DNA of 64,000 nucleotides from Macrostomum lignano (Eukaryota): NCBI GenBank assembly GCA_002269645.1, contig NIVC01000017.1, positions 248,001 to 312,000 of the forward strand, read 5' to 3'. Shown piece by piece: positions 31,668 to 42,702 of this stretch (position 1 is its first letter; each line of letters starts with the position of its first letter). The notes under the pieces were generated by a model. It saw only the letters and a program-made list of their open reading frames with translations, ran no database searches and was not told where the DNA came from. The position numbers and the translations under genes were made by a program.

Positions 31668-33954
31668 ATGATTATTATATCCAAAGCTGCTCAGACACAT
31701 GGCGTGCAACTACCTGGTGTGACCCCCCCCCACACCTTGCAGCTGCCCATCGCGTCTTTGCTGCTCGGCGGCAGCTGCCGGTCGCTGGCCGCCAGACTCG
31801 GCCCTGTCTGCCTCGATGCCGCCAGCTTCAGCCGTCGTCGCCTGTCCTTCGGCCCTCAGTTCGTGTACACCCCCGAATCCGCTGACAAATCCTTGGGCGA
31901 GACCAGCCGGATGAACCTGTTCCAGGCCGTCACCTCGGCTCTGGACAACACGCTGGCTAACGATCCGTCCGCTGTGGTGTTTGGCGAGGATGTCGCCTTT
32001 GGCGGCGTGTTTCGCTGCACAGTTGGCTTGAAGGACAAATATGGCAAGGACAGGGTGTTTAATACCCCACTTAGTGAACAGGTGAGCTGTTCGTGTGGTT
32101 TTCCTCTAGACTCCGATAACCATCATAGCAACAGCCTTTTCCACCCTAGCAACAGCCTTCTCCACCCTAGCAACAGCGTTCTCCACCCTAGCAACAGCCT
32201 TCCCAATCCTAGCAACACCCTTCCCAATCCTAGCAACAGACTTCCCCAACCCTAGCAATAGTCTTGCCTACCATAGCAACTGCCTTTCCAACCCTAGCAA
32301 CAGCCTCTTCCATCCTAGCAACTGCCTTTCCAACCCTAGCAACAGCCTCTTCCATCCTAGCAACAGACCCCCACCCTAGCAACAGCCTTCCCCACCCTAG
32401 CAATAGTCTTGCCTACCATAGCAACTGCCTTTCCAACCCTAGCAACAGCCTCTTCCATCCTAGCAACTGCCTTTCCAACCCTAGCAACAGCCTCTTCCAT
32501 CCTTGCAACAGACCCCCACCCTAGCAACAGCCTTCCCCACCCTAGCAACAGTCTTGCCTACCATAGCAACTGCTTTCCCCACCCTAGCAACAGCCTTAGC
32601 CACCCTAGCAACAGTCTTGCCTACCATAGCAACTGCCTTACCTACCCTTGCAGCAGCCTTCCCTATCCCATCAGTAAATATCCCTACTCCTTGCTCAAGT
32701 CCTACTCTGCTGCTCATCCTTACCCGGCGAATTCCGCAGGGCATCGTTGGATTCGCCATCGGTCACGCAGTCGCCGGGGCCACCACGGTGGCGGAGATCC
32801 AGTTCGGAGACTACATCTTCCCGGCATTCGATCAGATTGCGAACGAGGCCTCCAAGTATCGGTACCGGTCTGGGAATCATTTCAACTGCGGCTCCCTCAC
32901 TGTCCGGGCCCCAATAGGCGCTGTTGGTCACGGCGCCCTGTACCACAGCCAGAGTCCCGAGGGCTTCTTCGCCCACCTGCCCGGCATCAAGGTGGTGATA
33001 CCGCGCGGCCCAATCCAGGCTAAGGGCCTCCTGCTGGCCTGCATCAACGATCCAGATCCGTGTTTTTATTTTGAGCCGAAAATTTTGTACAGATCGGCCG
33101 TTGAAGACGTGCCAGTCAATGGCTACGTGCTGCCCATTGGCAAAGCCGAAGTGCTAATTGAAGGCAGCGACGTTACCCTCATTGGCTACGGGACTCAGGT
33201 TGGTGTTAAAATAATCATTTTTCTAGTTTATTCTTCTAGTCCGGTTGCTATGCTGTTCCTAAGTTACGTCTATGTGGTTGTTACACCGTTGCTATGTCGT
33301 TGCTATATGGTTACTATGCAGTTGCTATGTGGTTGCTATGCTGTTGCTATGCTGTTGCTATGCTGTTGCTATGTGGTTGCTATGCAGTTGCTATGTGGTT
33401 GCTATGCTGTTGCCATTTGGTTGCTATGTTGTTGATATTTGGTTGCTATTTAGTTGCTATTCAGTTGCTATGCAGTTGCTTTGTGGTTTCTATGCAGTAC
33501 TATGCTGTTGCTAAACGGTTGCTAAGACTTCTGCCAGTAAAATATAGTCAAGTATAGTCAATATCGTTGTCGCGCAGTTGCTATGGCCTATTTTATCCTC
33601 CCGCCTGTCGCGCAGGTGCATGTGCTCCGGGAGGTGGCCCGCCTAGCCCAATCCGAGCTCGGCGTCTCCTGCGAACTAATCGACATGCGCACCATCCTGC
33701 CATTCGACGAGGAGACCGTGTACGCGTCTGTGTGCAAAACCGGCCGCTGTCTGATCGCGCACGAGGCGCCGCTGACCGGCGGTTTCGGCGCCGAGCTGGC
33801 CGCCTCAGTGCAGGAGCACTGCTTCCTCAATCTGGAGGCGCCAGTGAGGCGAGTAGCCGGTCATGACACGCCGTTTCCACATATATTCGAGAATTTCTAC
33901 CTGCCCAATCAGCGCCGCTGCCTGGCCGCCATCAAAGATCTCATTGGTTATTGA
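31668..33954 (+). CDS. BCKDHB: Branched-chain alpha-keto acid dehydrogenase E1 beta subunit, 3 coding exons
   Basis: Exons about 31668 (start uncertain; acceptor-like site at 31742)-32081, 32740-33198, 33616-33954, all phase 0. Motifs [34 protein letters not shown]|[44 protein letters not shown]-like, [12 protein letters not shown]. Confidence 0.93.
32120..32660. repeat. About 21-bp minisatellite (CCCTAGCAACAGCC...) in BCKDHB intron 1
   Basis: Tandem diverged copies. Confidence 0.9.
33245..33530. repeat. 10-bp repeat GTTGCTATGY in BCKDHB intron 2
   Basis: Tandem copies. Confidence 0.88.
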
Positions 33955-34084
33955 ACTGGCTTCAACTGGACTGGCTGGTGCAGTGAGAAACTTGTTCATC
34001 TGTTTTCCGCTTCTACGAGCGTGTTGTAACAAGAGTTTGCTATACATCTATTCCACCTAATATACCCAGTGTACTTCTAATTTG

Positions 34085-34320
34085 AAGCTAATGTACTTCT
34101 AAATTAAAGATAGCGTACTTTATTTTGAAATTAATGTGCTTTAAAATTGAAACAAATTTACTGCTAGATTAAAGCTAGTGTACTCTTAAATTAAAACTTA
34201 TGTACTTTTTGATTGAAGCTAGTGTACTTTTAAAATGAAGCTAGTGTACTTTTAGATTAAAGCTAGTGTACTTTTAGATTAAAACTATGATTTTTTTGAT
34301 TTGAAGTTATTGTAGTTTTA
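34085..34320. repeat. About 22-bp AT-rich degenerate repeat (AAGCTAGTGTACTTTTA)
   Basis: About 9 diverged copies. Confidence 0.75.
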
Positions 34321-34889
34321 CATAAAAAGCTATTTTACTTATACCGGTACATCCATAGGGTACTGTAGTGCTGTACTAAAAGTTCTAAAACGCTAAAAGT
34401 TTATAACAGCATTGTTATATTTCGCTGAAATTCCAAAGCCCCAACCCTTAGTCAGGCTCATCTCTTCTTGCCTGTCGTGGCCTCATTCCTGCCCGCTTAG
34501 ATTTTATTGTAATCTCATAATTTTGTATGTTTTTGCGTTGCCGTCAAATTTAATGTTGCTATGTCGCATAGATCTACTTCAAGCATTAAGTAACGTACGC
34601 GTTAATAGACAGACTCAGTCTCAATTCGTACCAAATTGAAGGTACGCATGGACGTTAAAATTCACAATTTTACTGCTATTAAAATGTATGACCAAATATA
34701 TTGTTTTTGTGCGCGCGTATTACCTGTGCGATGAAAAGGACGCCTTGTCCTAGTCACGTGATTTTGACTATCGGCAAACCGCTTCCTTCTGCTAACTGAG
34801 TGCGTGGAGACTTGCTCATTGCTCATTGTAGACTCGCTAAAAATTTCCTTCTAGTCATTGCATTTGTTGCAGTCCAAATCAATGCAGAA

Positions 34890-35548
34890 ACTCATCGCCC
34901 TCCAACCAACTGGATAATCGCCCCCAACCAACTGGAGAATCGCCCACGCCCTCCAATCCACTTGAGAATCGCCCTCCAACCAACTGGAGAATCGCCCCCA
35001 ACCAACTGGAGAATCGCCCTCCAACCCACTAGAGAATCGCTCTCCAACCCACTGGAGAATCGCCCTCCAACCCACTGGAGAATCGCCCTCCAATCCACTT
35101 GAGAATCGCCCTCCAATCCACTGGAGAATCGCCCTCCAATCCACTTGAGAATCGCCCTCCAACCCACTGGAGAATCGCCCTCCAACCCACTGGAGAATCG
35201 CCCCCAACCAACTGGAGAATCGCCCTCCAACCAACTAGAGAATCGCCCTCCAACCAACTGGAGAATCGCCCACGCCCTCCAACCTACTAGAGAATCGCCC
35301 TCCAATCCACTAGAGAATCGCCCTCCAATCCACTGGAGAATCGCCCTCCAACCAACTGGAGAATCGCCCACGCCCTCCAACCTACTAGAGAATCGCCCTC
35401 CAACCCACTGGAGAATCGCCCTCCAATCCACTTGAGAATCGCCCTCCAACCCACTGGAGAATCGCCCTCCAACCCACTGGAGAATCGCCCACGCCCTCCA
35501 ACCAACTAGAGAATCGCCCTCCAACCCACTGGAGAATCGCCCTCCACG
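34890..35548. repeat. 23-bp minisatellite CCCTCCAACCCACTGGAGAATCG
   Basis: About 28 copies. Confidence 0.95.
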
Positions 35549-35888
35549 TCATTCAATTTCGTACTTTTAATCTTATTACTCTAGCGAGAATATTGAATCT
35601 AAGAACTAGTTTACGAGTATTAAGAATGAAACAAAATATTGCGAATAAAATTGCTGTCTCGCAGTGTACATACGTACCAGTAGTATGCACAACTACTTGC
35701 AGTAATATATATTGTTTAGCTGCAGCAGCTATATACGAGTACATCTAGATTAAGTGGCGATTATTACGTAGTAAATTGCTCTAATTTGCAGCATAACTAC
35801 TCGCGTACATTACAAATAAGTAGTCAGTAGCCTGCAGTTGTCTTGATGATTTTTGTTGTCCTCAAAAAACGATCGCTATGAACACTGC

Positions 35889-36734
35889 ATGGCTGACCGA
35901 CCCCGCCGAGTGGGCCTTGTCGGCTTCGGCCACCTGGGCCAGTACCTGTTCGAGCAGCTCGTTGCCCAGCCCGCCATCGAGCTGGCCTTCGTGTGGAATC
36001 GAACTCGCACCAACGCCTTGCGCGACCTCCTGCCGGCCGGCCTGGAGCTCGCCGACCTCGCCGACTTCGCCAGCCGGTCGCCTGACCTCATCGTCGAGGT
36101 CGCCCATCCGTGCGTCACCCAGCGGCACGGCGCCGACTTCCTGGCCGTCGCCGACTACCTGATGGGCTCGCCGACTGCGCTGGCCGACGCCCAGCTGGAA
36201 GCGAAGCTCCGCTCGGCCGCTGAGACGTCCGGCCGGACACTGTTTGTCCCTGCTGGAGCCCTCTGGGGCGGCCCGGACATCGAGCGGCTGGCCGAGTCCG
36301 GCGGCCTGCGCTCGCTCCAAGTCACAATGACCAAGCGGCCTGACAGCTTCCGGTTCGCCGATCCGGAAATGCGACGTCGCAACGAGGAGGCCGCCGCCGC
36401 CACCGAAGGACCGACTGTGCTGTACGAGGGCCCGGTCCGCAGCCTCTGCCCGCTGGCGCCCAACAACGTCAACACCATGGCCGCCGCCGCAGTCTGCGCC
36501 ACCAACCTGGGCTTTGACGGCGTCGTCGGGCGGCTGCGTGCCGATCCCGGCATGCCGGAGGCGCACCTGGTCGAAGTCGAAGCCGAGGGACCCGACGGGT
36601 TCCGGGTCTGTACGCGCCGGTTTAACCCGGCGGCGCCCGGCGCCGTCACTGGTGGCGCCACTTTTCGATCTTTTCTTGCCAGTGTGCTCAGGGCGGCCGG
36701 CGCTCGGAGGCGACCCGCTGTGCGCTCCTGCTGA
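35889..36734 (+). CDS. ASPDH: Aspartate dehydrogenase domain-containing protein, intronless, 281 aa
   Basis: Rossmann motif RRVGLVGFGHLG, PDLIVEVAHP, GSPTALAD, VPAGALWGG, VTMTKRP, LYEGPVRSLCPLAPNNVNTMA, AVTGGATF. Confidence 0.9.
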   Translation: MADRPRRVGLVGFGHLGQYLFEQLVAQPAIELAFVWNRTRTNALRDLLPAGLELADLADFASRSPDLIVEVAHPCVTQRHGADFLAVADYLMGSPTALADAQLEAKLRSAAETSGRTLFVPAGALWGGPDIERLAESGGLRSLQVTMTKRPDSFRFADPEMRRRNEEAAAATEGPTVLYEGPVRSLCPLAPNNVNTMAAAAVCATNLGFDGVVGRLRADPGMPEAHLVEVEAEGPDGFRVCTRRFNPAAPGAVTGGATFRSFLASVLRAAGARRRPAVRSC

Positions 36735-36759
36735 GCTGGCGGCGCCGCAGGGACAGGCT

Positions 36760-37090
36760 GTGCAGACTTCCGGTGTGGGTTGTGTGGAACTTCCGGTGTG
36801 GGATGTGTGGGACGTCCGGTATGGAATGTGTGGGACTTCCGGTATGGGATGTGTGGAACTTCCGGTATGGGATGTGTGGAACTTCCGGTATGGGATGTGT
36901 GGAACTTCCGGTGTGGAATGTGCGGGACTTCCGGTATGGAATGTGCGGGGACTTCCGGTATGGAATGTGCGGGACTTCCGGTATGGGATGTGAGTGGACT
37001 TCCGGTATGGGATGTGTGGTACTTCCGGTGTGGGATGTGCGGGGACTTCCGGTAAGGGGTGTGCGGGACTTCCGGGTATGGTATGTATGG
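36760..37090. repeat. 23-bp minisatellite ACTTCCGGTATGGGATGTGTGGA downstream of ASPDH
   Basis: About 14 copies starting about 25 nt after the stop. Confidence 0.93.
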
Positions 37091-37446
37091 AAGTTCAATG
37101 TGGGATTTTATGTGCCGTGTTGGTAAAGCAGAACTTCTAATCCACGGTTGTGGCGTCTATAAATTCTTTAACGTCGGATTGCAATAAGTTTCATTTCAAT
37201 TCCTCCATTCACAATTCTGATTTGCATTCAATATTCTAATAAAAATGATTTCTTCGAATTCAAATTGCGCGACAACTTATTAATGATACTCGTCTGCGTA
37301 GAGTATAAAAATCGGTCCGTGTTGCTTACAATTTTCGGATCTATTTGTTTATTTATTTAATTATTCAGCTCTCTATTATGCTGGTCTACAGTAAATTACG
37401 CAGTAAATAAGAATCTAGATTAGGATTAGATTTATGGGATAATTGA

Positions 37447-39669
37447 TCACACGGCGCAGGACTCAGCCTCTGCCGCCGGCTCCCCAGCCTCCATCGGGTC
37501 CGGGTACATTCGCTCCAGCCAGAGGCTGTACAGCGAGTTTGTGACATCGCAGGCAATGAGCTCGCCAACGTTGAGCCGGATCATGTGCACCAGGAAGAGG
37601 CCGTCAGTGTCCAGATGGTCGGCGAAGTCGTACGACTGCTGGCTGACGTTGGCATGGCGCGAGCGGTCCGTGCCCATCAGCAGGTAGCGCCTCAGGTGGT
37701 GGCGCCAGCGGCCGTGACCGCAGGTGAGTCGCAGCGCCCACTGGAGCAGCGACAGGCAGCTGAGGGAGGCGCCCACGGCCGAGGCCACCCACAGGAAGCA
37801 GTAGATCTTCTCGCTAAGCATGTTCAGCGGTAGGATGCACTGTGCGGCGTACATGTTCCGGGCGCCAATCTGCCGGATGAGGACCCGGCACAGGGTCACC
37901 CTGCGGGTTGGGGTTTGGTAGTGCCGCTTGAGAATGAAAAGCATCAAGGATTTATCTAATGAAAGAGCAATTCGGAATTGAGTTCTTCAACCAAACAGAG
38001 AGCAGCTAGGATAGAGATGACCCGGTCAGCCAATCAGAGAGCAGCTGGGTAGAAATGATGAATTTCATCAGCCAATGAGAGAGCAGCCGAGGTGCAGATG
38101 TCTTTGATCAGCCAATGACAGAGTAGCTAGGGTGCAGATGTCTTGGATCAGCCAATCTGAGAGCAGCTAGGATAAAGATGACTTAATCAGCCAATCAGCG
38201 AGCACCTCGGGGTAGAGATATCTTTAATCGGCCAATAGGAGAGCAGAGCTAGAGTGCAGATGTCTTTTGATCAGAGAGCAGCTAGGGTAGAGATGTAGAG
38301 ATGAATGCAGAGCCGGTATCAGCCAATGAGAGATCAGGTAGGAAATGCAGCAGCCCGGGCCTTACCTGGGAAAATACCTGGTCGCCCGCCAATCTGCTCC
38401 CGATCTCAGCGCCGTAATCAACCGAAAGCCGAACAGGAACGGATCCGGAGAGTCCGGGTCCAGCATCAGGCCCATGATGTACATCTGGCAGAGCGCGTTC
38501 ACCATGAACAGCAGCTTGATCAGCGCGTAGATGATCGTCAAGCAGCCGGAAGGTCGCCGGGACAGGCATTGCCTGATGGAATTGCGCCGACTTTTGTAGC
38601 CGTCGTGCAGGCGCGGAGCCAGCTGGAGGCTCTGCCGCATGCGCAGCATGTAATCCAGACTCCGGCCGATGCCGCTGATGAGGCTTTGGCGCAGCTGCCA
38701 ATCAACGGCTTTGTTGGCCTCCGAGGCGCTCTCCAGCAGGGCCTCGAGGTCCGGCCCGGCCCGGTTGTGCACGTAGGCCAGCCACATGAGGCGCGGCAGG
38801 AAGAACATGGTGGCCTGCAGGGCCAGGGTGAATGGCACCTGGCGGGATGGAGATTGGGACTTTGCCAGTTGCGTTGGTAACTATAATGCGGGAAGAAGAT
38901 TAATTGCGGCGTCTATAATTACATGTAGACAAGGTAGTCTGTAGCTTTTATGACGGGCTTGTCATTACCTAATTAGTTGTGGCTGTTAGAACCTAATTAA
39001 GCAGGACTGTCAGTACCTAATTAAACAGGACTGTCAGTACCTAATTAAACAGGACTGTCAGTACCTAATTAAACAGGACTGTCAGTACCTAATTAAACAG
39101 GACTGTCAGTACCTAATTAAACAGGACTGTCAGTACCTAATTAAACAGGACTGTCAGTACCTAATTAAACAGGACTGTCAGTACCTAATTAAACAGGACT
39201 GTCAGTACCTAATTAAACAGGACTGTCAGTACCTAATTAAACAGGACTGTCAGTACCTAATTAAACAGGACTGTCAGTACCTAATTAAACAGGACTGTCA
39301 GTACCTTATTGAACAGTGTTACGCTCGGCCCCCAGAGCTCACCCACTGATAGTAGAGCGACTTCCTCTGTTTTGCCCAAAACTCTTCGTCAATACGGAGT
39401 TTGGCAGATTCGAAGTCGATCTCGGTGTAAGTGCCTTCCACCCAGCACAGGTTGTTGATGTAGTCGGCAAAGTTAGTACTGGATGGTGTGGTGGCCGCCT
39501 CACAGACAATCGGCTGAAACACGTACTGCCGCAGGGTGGTGAGAGACACGAACAGAATGAGCACGATTGGCATTAGTAGGTAATTGAACTTGTCGGCATA
39601 GTCATTTAGATTGGCGGTTCGACCGAGGCCCCATTTCTGGGCGTAGCTGATAAACTGGTCGGCAACCAT
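37447..39669 (-). CDS. Innexin (gap-junction protein), 3 exons, 417 aa
   Basis: Exons 39669-39343, 38838-38366, 37900-37447 (phases 0 and 2). DDxADKFNY-like motif, PIVC, NNLCWVEGTY, YYQW|VPFTLALQA.MFFLPR..W, FPR|VTLC, QCILPLNMLSEKIYCFLW. Confidence 0.95.
38000..38340. repeat. About 37-bp degenerate repeat (CAGCCAATCAGAGAGCAGCTAGG) in innexin intron 2
   Basis: About 9 diverged copies. Confidence 0.8.
38990..39312. repeat. 24-bp minisatellite CCTAATTAAACAGGACTGTCAGTA in innexin intron 1
   Basis: About 13 nearly identical copies. Confidence 0.96.
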
Positions 39670-39949
39670 GTCTGCGTTGGTGCGGGTGTCTTGCGTGCTG
39701 TCAAGATGACTAGTTAGAGCAGCTGAGCAGTTGCTTAAGTGTAATTATTGCTCACTGTCAGGCTTTACCGAGCAGCATTGACATCACCTTTTTACATTAA
39801 TAATTCAGCCTGAAGTTACAGCCATAGACAGGAGTCTTAGGTGCCTTATTTGACGTTCTTGATTGGTAATTTATGCTAGGTGATCTCAGTATTCCTGGGT
39901 TGGAGAGTCAGAAATGTTAGTTAGCTACTTTAGTGTAACGTAGTTATTT

Positions 39950-40023
39950 TGTAGTTAGCTAGTTAGATATTTTCTTTGTTTGTTTGTTTGTTTGTTTGTT
40001 AAGTTAGTTAGTTAGTTAGTTAA

Positions 40024-40075
<52 letters not shown>

Positions 40076-40124
40076 ATAGTTAGTTAGTTAGTTAGTTAGT
40101 TAGCTAGTTAGTTAGTTAGCTAGC

Positions 40125-40158
<34 letters not shown>

Positions 40159-40187
40159 ATTAGTTAGTTGATTAGTTAGTTAGTTGT
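39950..40187. repeat. (TTTG)n/(TTAG)n microsatellite
   Basis: Direct reading. Confidence 0.93.
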
Positions 40188-40401
40188 TCTCACACAACGC
40201 GCCTCAATGTTTCACCACAAATTAAAGAAATTCTACATGTACTTTTGCGTCAATGAGATTTGTTTAACTGTGGACTGCATACTTTTGTCTACGGTTAATA
40301 TTTGAAGCTTCGTGCTGAGGTTCGTGTTATCTGAGCAGCTGAGGCTGCGGTCTGTCAGTATGCCGCAGTGTGTATAGCACTAAGGCTATATAAGCAGGAA
40401 A

Positions 40402-41976
40402 ATGCTTCCTGTTGACTTCACCATCAATCTCGGCTCGGTGAAGGAGGAGATCCGAGACTGCAGGAAGCGCTGCAATCGCGAGATCTGGCGCATCATATTC
40501 AATAAAGCGCTTGGCGCCGGCGGCACAAGCAGCGGCGACGGCTGGCACAGAAAGACGTCCATCCAGTCGGACCCTGACTCGTTCCAGCGTCGCGAATCGT
40601 CGATCCAGCCCAGGCCGCCGTCCAGGTACGAGCCGCCGACTGACGCGGAGTCTGAGCCGGAGACCCAGGGGCAGCAGGACTCTTACTACCAGCCCCTAGT
40701 GATCGAGCCCGAGCCCGAGCCCAGGCCGACTCGCAGAACCACTACGAACACCGCAGTGACGGATGAGACCGCGAGAACCACAAGAAGAAGCTCGCTGACT
40801 GATGGCATGGAGAAAAAAAAGTCCAAGCGGAAAACCTCAGTGTATTCGGAAACGGAAAAGCCGAAGAGGAAGACCATAAGAAAGAGCTCCATCAGGGAGG
40901 AGGCTGAGACACCCAAGCGCAAGACAACTCGGGTGAGCACGCTTGCGGACGGCAGAAAGAGCAGCAAAGGCAAGAAGTCCGTCATCGCAGGCAACGACCA
41001 GTCAAAGAAGGCGAATAAAAAGAAAGGCGATGACGACGACGACGACGATGACGACGACGACGACGAAGAAGAAGAAGACGACAAGGAGGATGAGGAGGAA
41101 GATGAGGACTATGACGAGGACAATGAGGCGGCGCTGGATAAGCTCAAGGACCAAAGTAGCACTGACAAGAAAGCCGACAGTGCGCTCAGCGCCGACGCCA
41201 AGGACGCCAAGAACGCCAGCAACCGGCTGGCTGCCGCGGCGGCAAGGCGGAAGGCGCTCAGCAGCGGCGTTCGCGTCAGCTTCTTACCGCCGGTGCAGCA
41301 ACGGCAGCAGAACAACCTGGAGCGGATGGGCCAGCAGCGGCGGCGGCAGAGGCGGGAGCCCGGCTGCTGCTGGTCTGGCAGCAGCGCCAGCAGCTGCAGC
41401 CGAAGCAACAGCAACAGCAGCATTGCCAGCGAAAGCAACGGCAGCTTCAGCAGCAGCAGCAGTCGTAGACGCAGCCACAGCTGCAGCAGCGCCAGCAGTC
41501 TCAGCGTTCGCGAAGGCTTGCGAGGCCGTCTGGCACGCCGGCACGCTGGCAAAAACTTTTTGACACCCGCCGAGGCCCTCGCGGCCGCCAGCAGCGCCAT
41601 CGACCGGCTGGCCGCCCTGCTCCGGCAGAGCGTCGACGCCTCGGCCGACGGGGACTCGAGAAGGCGGCGGCGGCGGCGGCGGTATCGGCGCCAGAGCTGG
41701 CTGGATCAAGGAGCCGGAGCCGCTAGCAGACGCCGCGGTGGCAGCGGGAGGCTGACAACGTCGACTAGCATGACGAACTCTGAGATGCTGGACGACGAGC
41801 ACGACGATGAAGACGAGATGCTGAGCGACATTGCATCGAGCGATCTGGACGACTCCGGACAGTTCGCAACCGAGCCAACGAACACGGAGTCGACAACGCT
41901 GGCGTCGCAGTCGATCTCAGAGGCTCAGCAGCGGTTGTTCAGTCGCGCTCTGCAGCGCAGGAAGGCCGGCCGATGA
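40402..41976 (+). CDS. Hypothetical 524-aa protein, largely disordered (basic, acidic and Ser-rich tracts); family not recognised
   Basis: Long ATG-initiated ORF in a GC-rich island sharply bounded by AT-rich flanks, like the other exons here; AG acceptor-like site at 40397 means an upstream exon or trans-splicing is possible. Confidence 0.65.
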   Translation: MLPVDFTINLGSVKEEIRDCRKRCNREIWRIIFNKALGAGGTSSGDGWHRKTSIQSDPDSFQRRESSIQPRPPSRYEPPTDAESEPETQGQQDSYYQPLVIEPEPEPRPTRRTTTNTAVTDETARTTRRSSLTDGMEKKKSKRKTSVYSETEKPKRKTIRKSSIREEAETPKRKTTRVSTLADGRKSSKGKKSVIAGNDQSKKANKKKGDDDDDDDDDDDDEEEEDDKEDEEEDEDYDEDNEAALDKLKDQSSTDKKADSALSADAKDAKNASNRLAAAAARRKALSSGVRVSFLPPVQQRQQNNLERMGQQRRRQRREPGCCWSGSSASSCSRSNSNSSIASESNGSFSSSSSRRRSHSCSSASSLSVREGLRGRLARRHAGKNFLTPAEALAAASSAIDRLAALLRQSVDASADGDSRRRRRRRRYRRQSWLDQGAGAASRRRGGSGRLTTSTSMTNSEMLDDEHDDEDEMLSDIASSDLDDSGQFATEPTNTESTTLASQSISEAQQRLFSRALQRRKAGR

Positions 41977-42414
41977 GCAAATTTGCATAATTTTGTCATA
42001 ATTTGTTTCGCCCAAACTCCAATTTTTCTGTGCAATATTTTTGTGAATAAATACGGATCATGGGGCGGCAGCTAAAAGCGGCTGCTGGCATGTACTCCAT
42101 ATATTTTTATATAGTGTCATTTTATATGCTTCCAATGTTGTCTTTTGAATAGAGACGGCTATCGGAGGCCAATAGATTAACAGAAAAACATGCTGGCCCC
42201 GCATATTCTGTAATGAATTTGAAACTGACAGTGGCTGCAGTCATGGGACTCGGTGTGTACTTTACTGCGGAGTTTGAATCAGTAGCGGCTAATAGTATGA
42301 GTAGGGCTGGAACAGCAGACATCTGAATGAGAAAGCAGTTTTCTAAAACAGGCAAAATATGTTAGATTACAAGATAGTGCAATATAGATTTGTTATATTA
42401 AAAATCAATTAACT

Positions 42415-42439
42415 ATACAGACCGACACAGACAGATACA

Positions 42440-42486
<47 letters not shown>

Positions 42487-42695
42487 GGACAGGCAGGTGT
42501 ACAGACAGACAGACAGACGGACAGGCAGGTGTACAGACAGAAGACAAACGGACAGGCAGGTAGACAGACAGAAGACAAACGGACAGGCAGGTAGACAGAC
42601 AGAAGACAAACGGACAGGCAGGTGTACAGACAGAAGACAAACGGACAGGCAGGTAGACAGACAGAAGACAAACGGACAGGCAGGTAGACAGACAG
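42415..42695. repeat. (CAGA)n-derived micro/minisatellite immediately after the TFIIS stop
   Basis: CAGA runs and a 31-33-bp unit AGACAGAAGACAAACGGACAGGCAGGT. Confidence 0.9.
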
Positions 42696-42702
42696 CCCAG
42701 CT

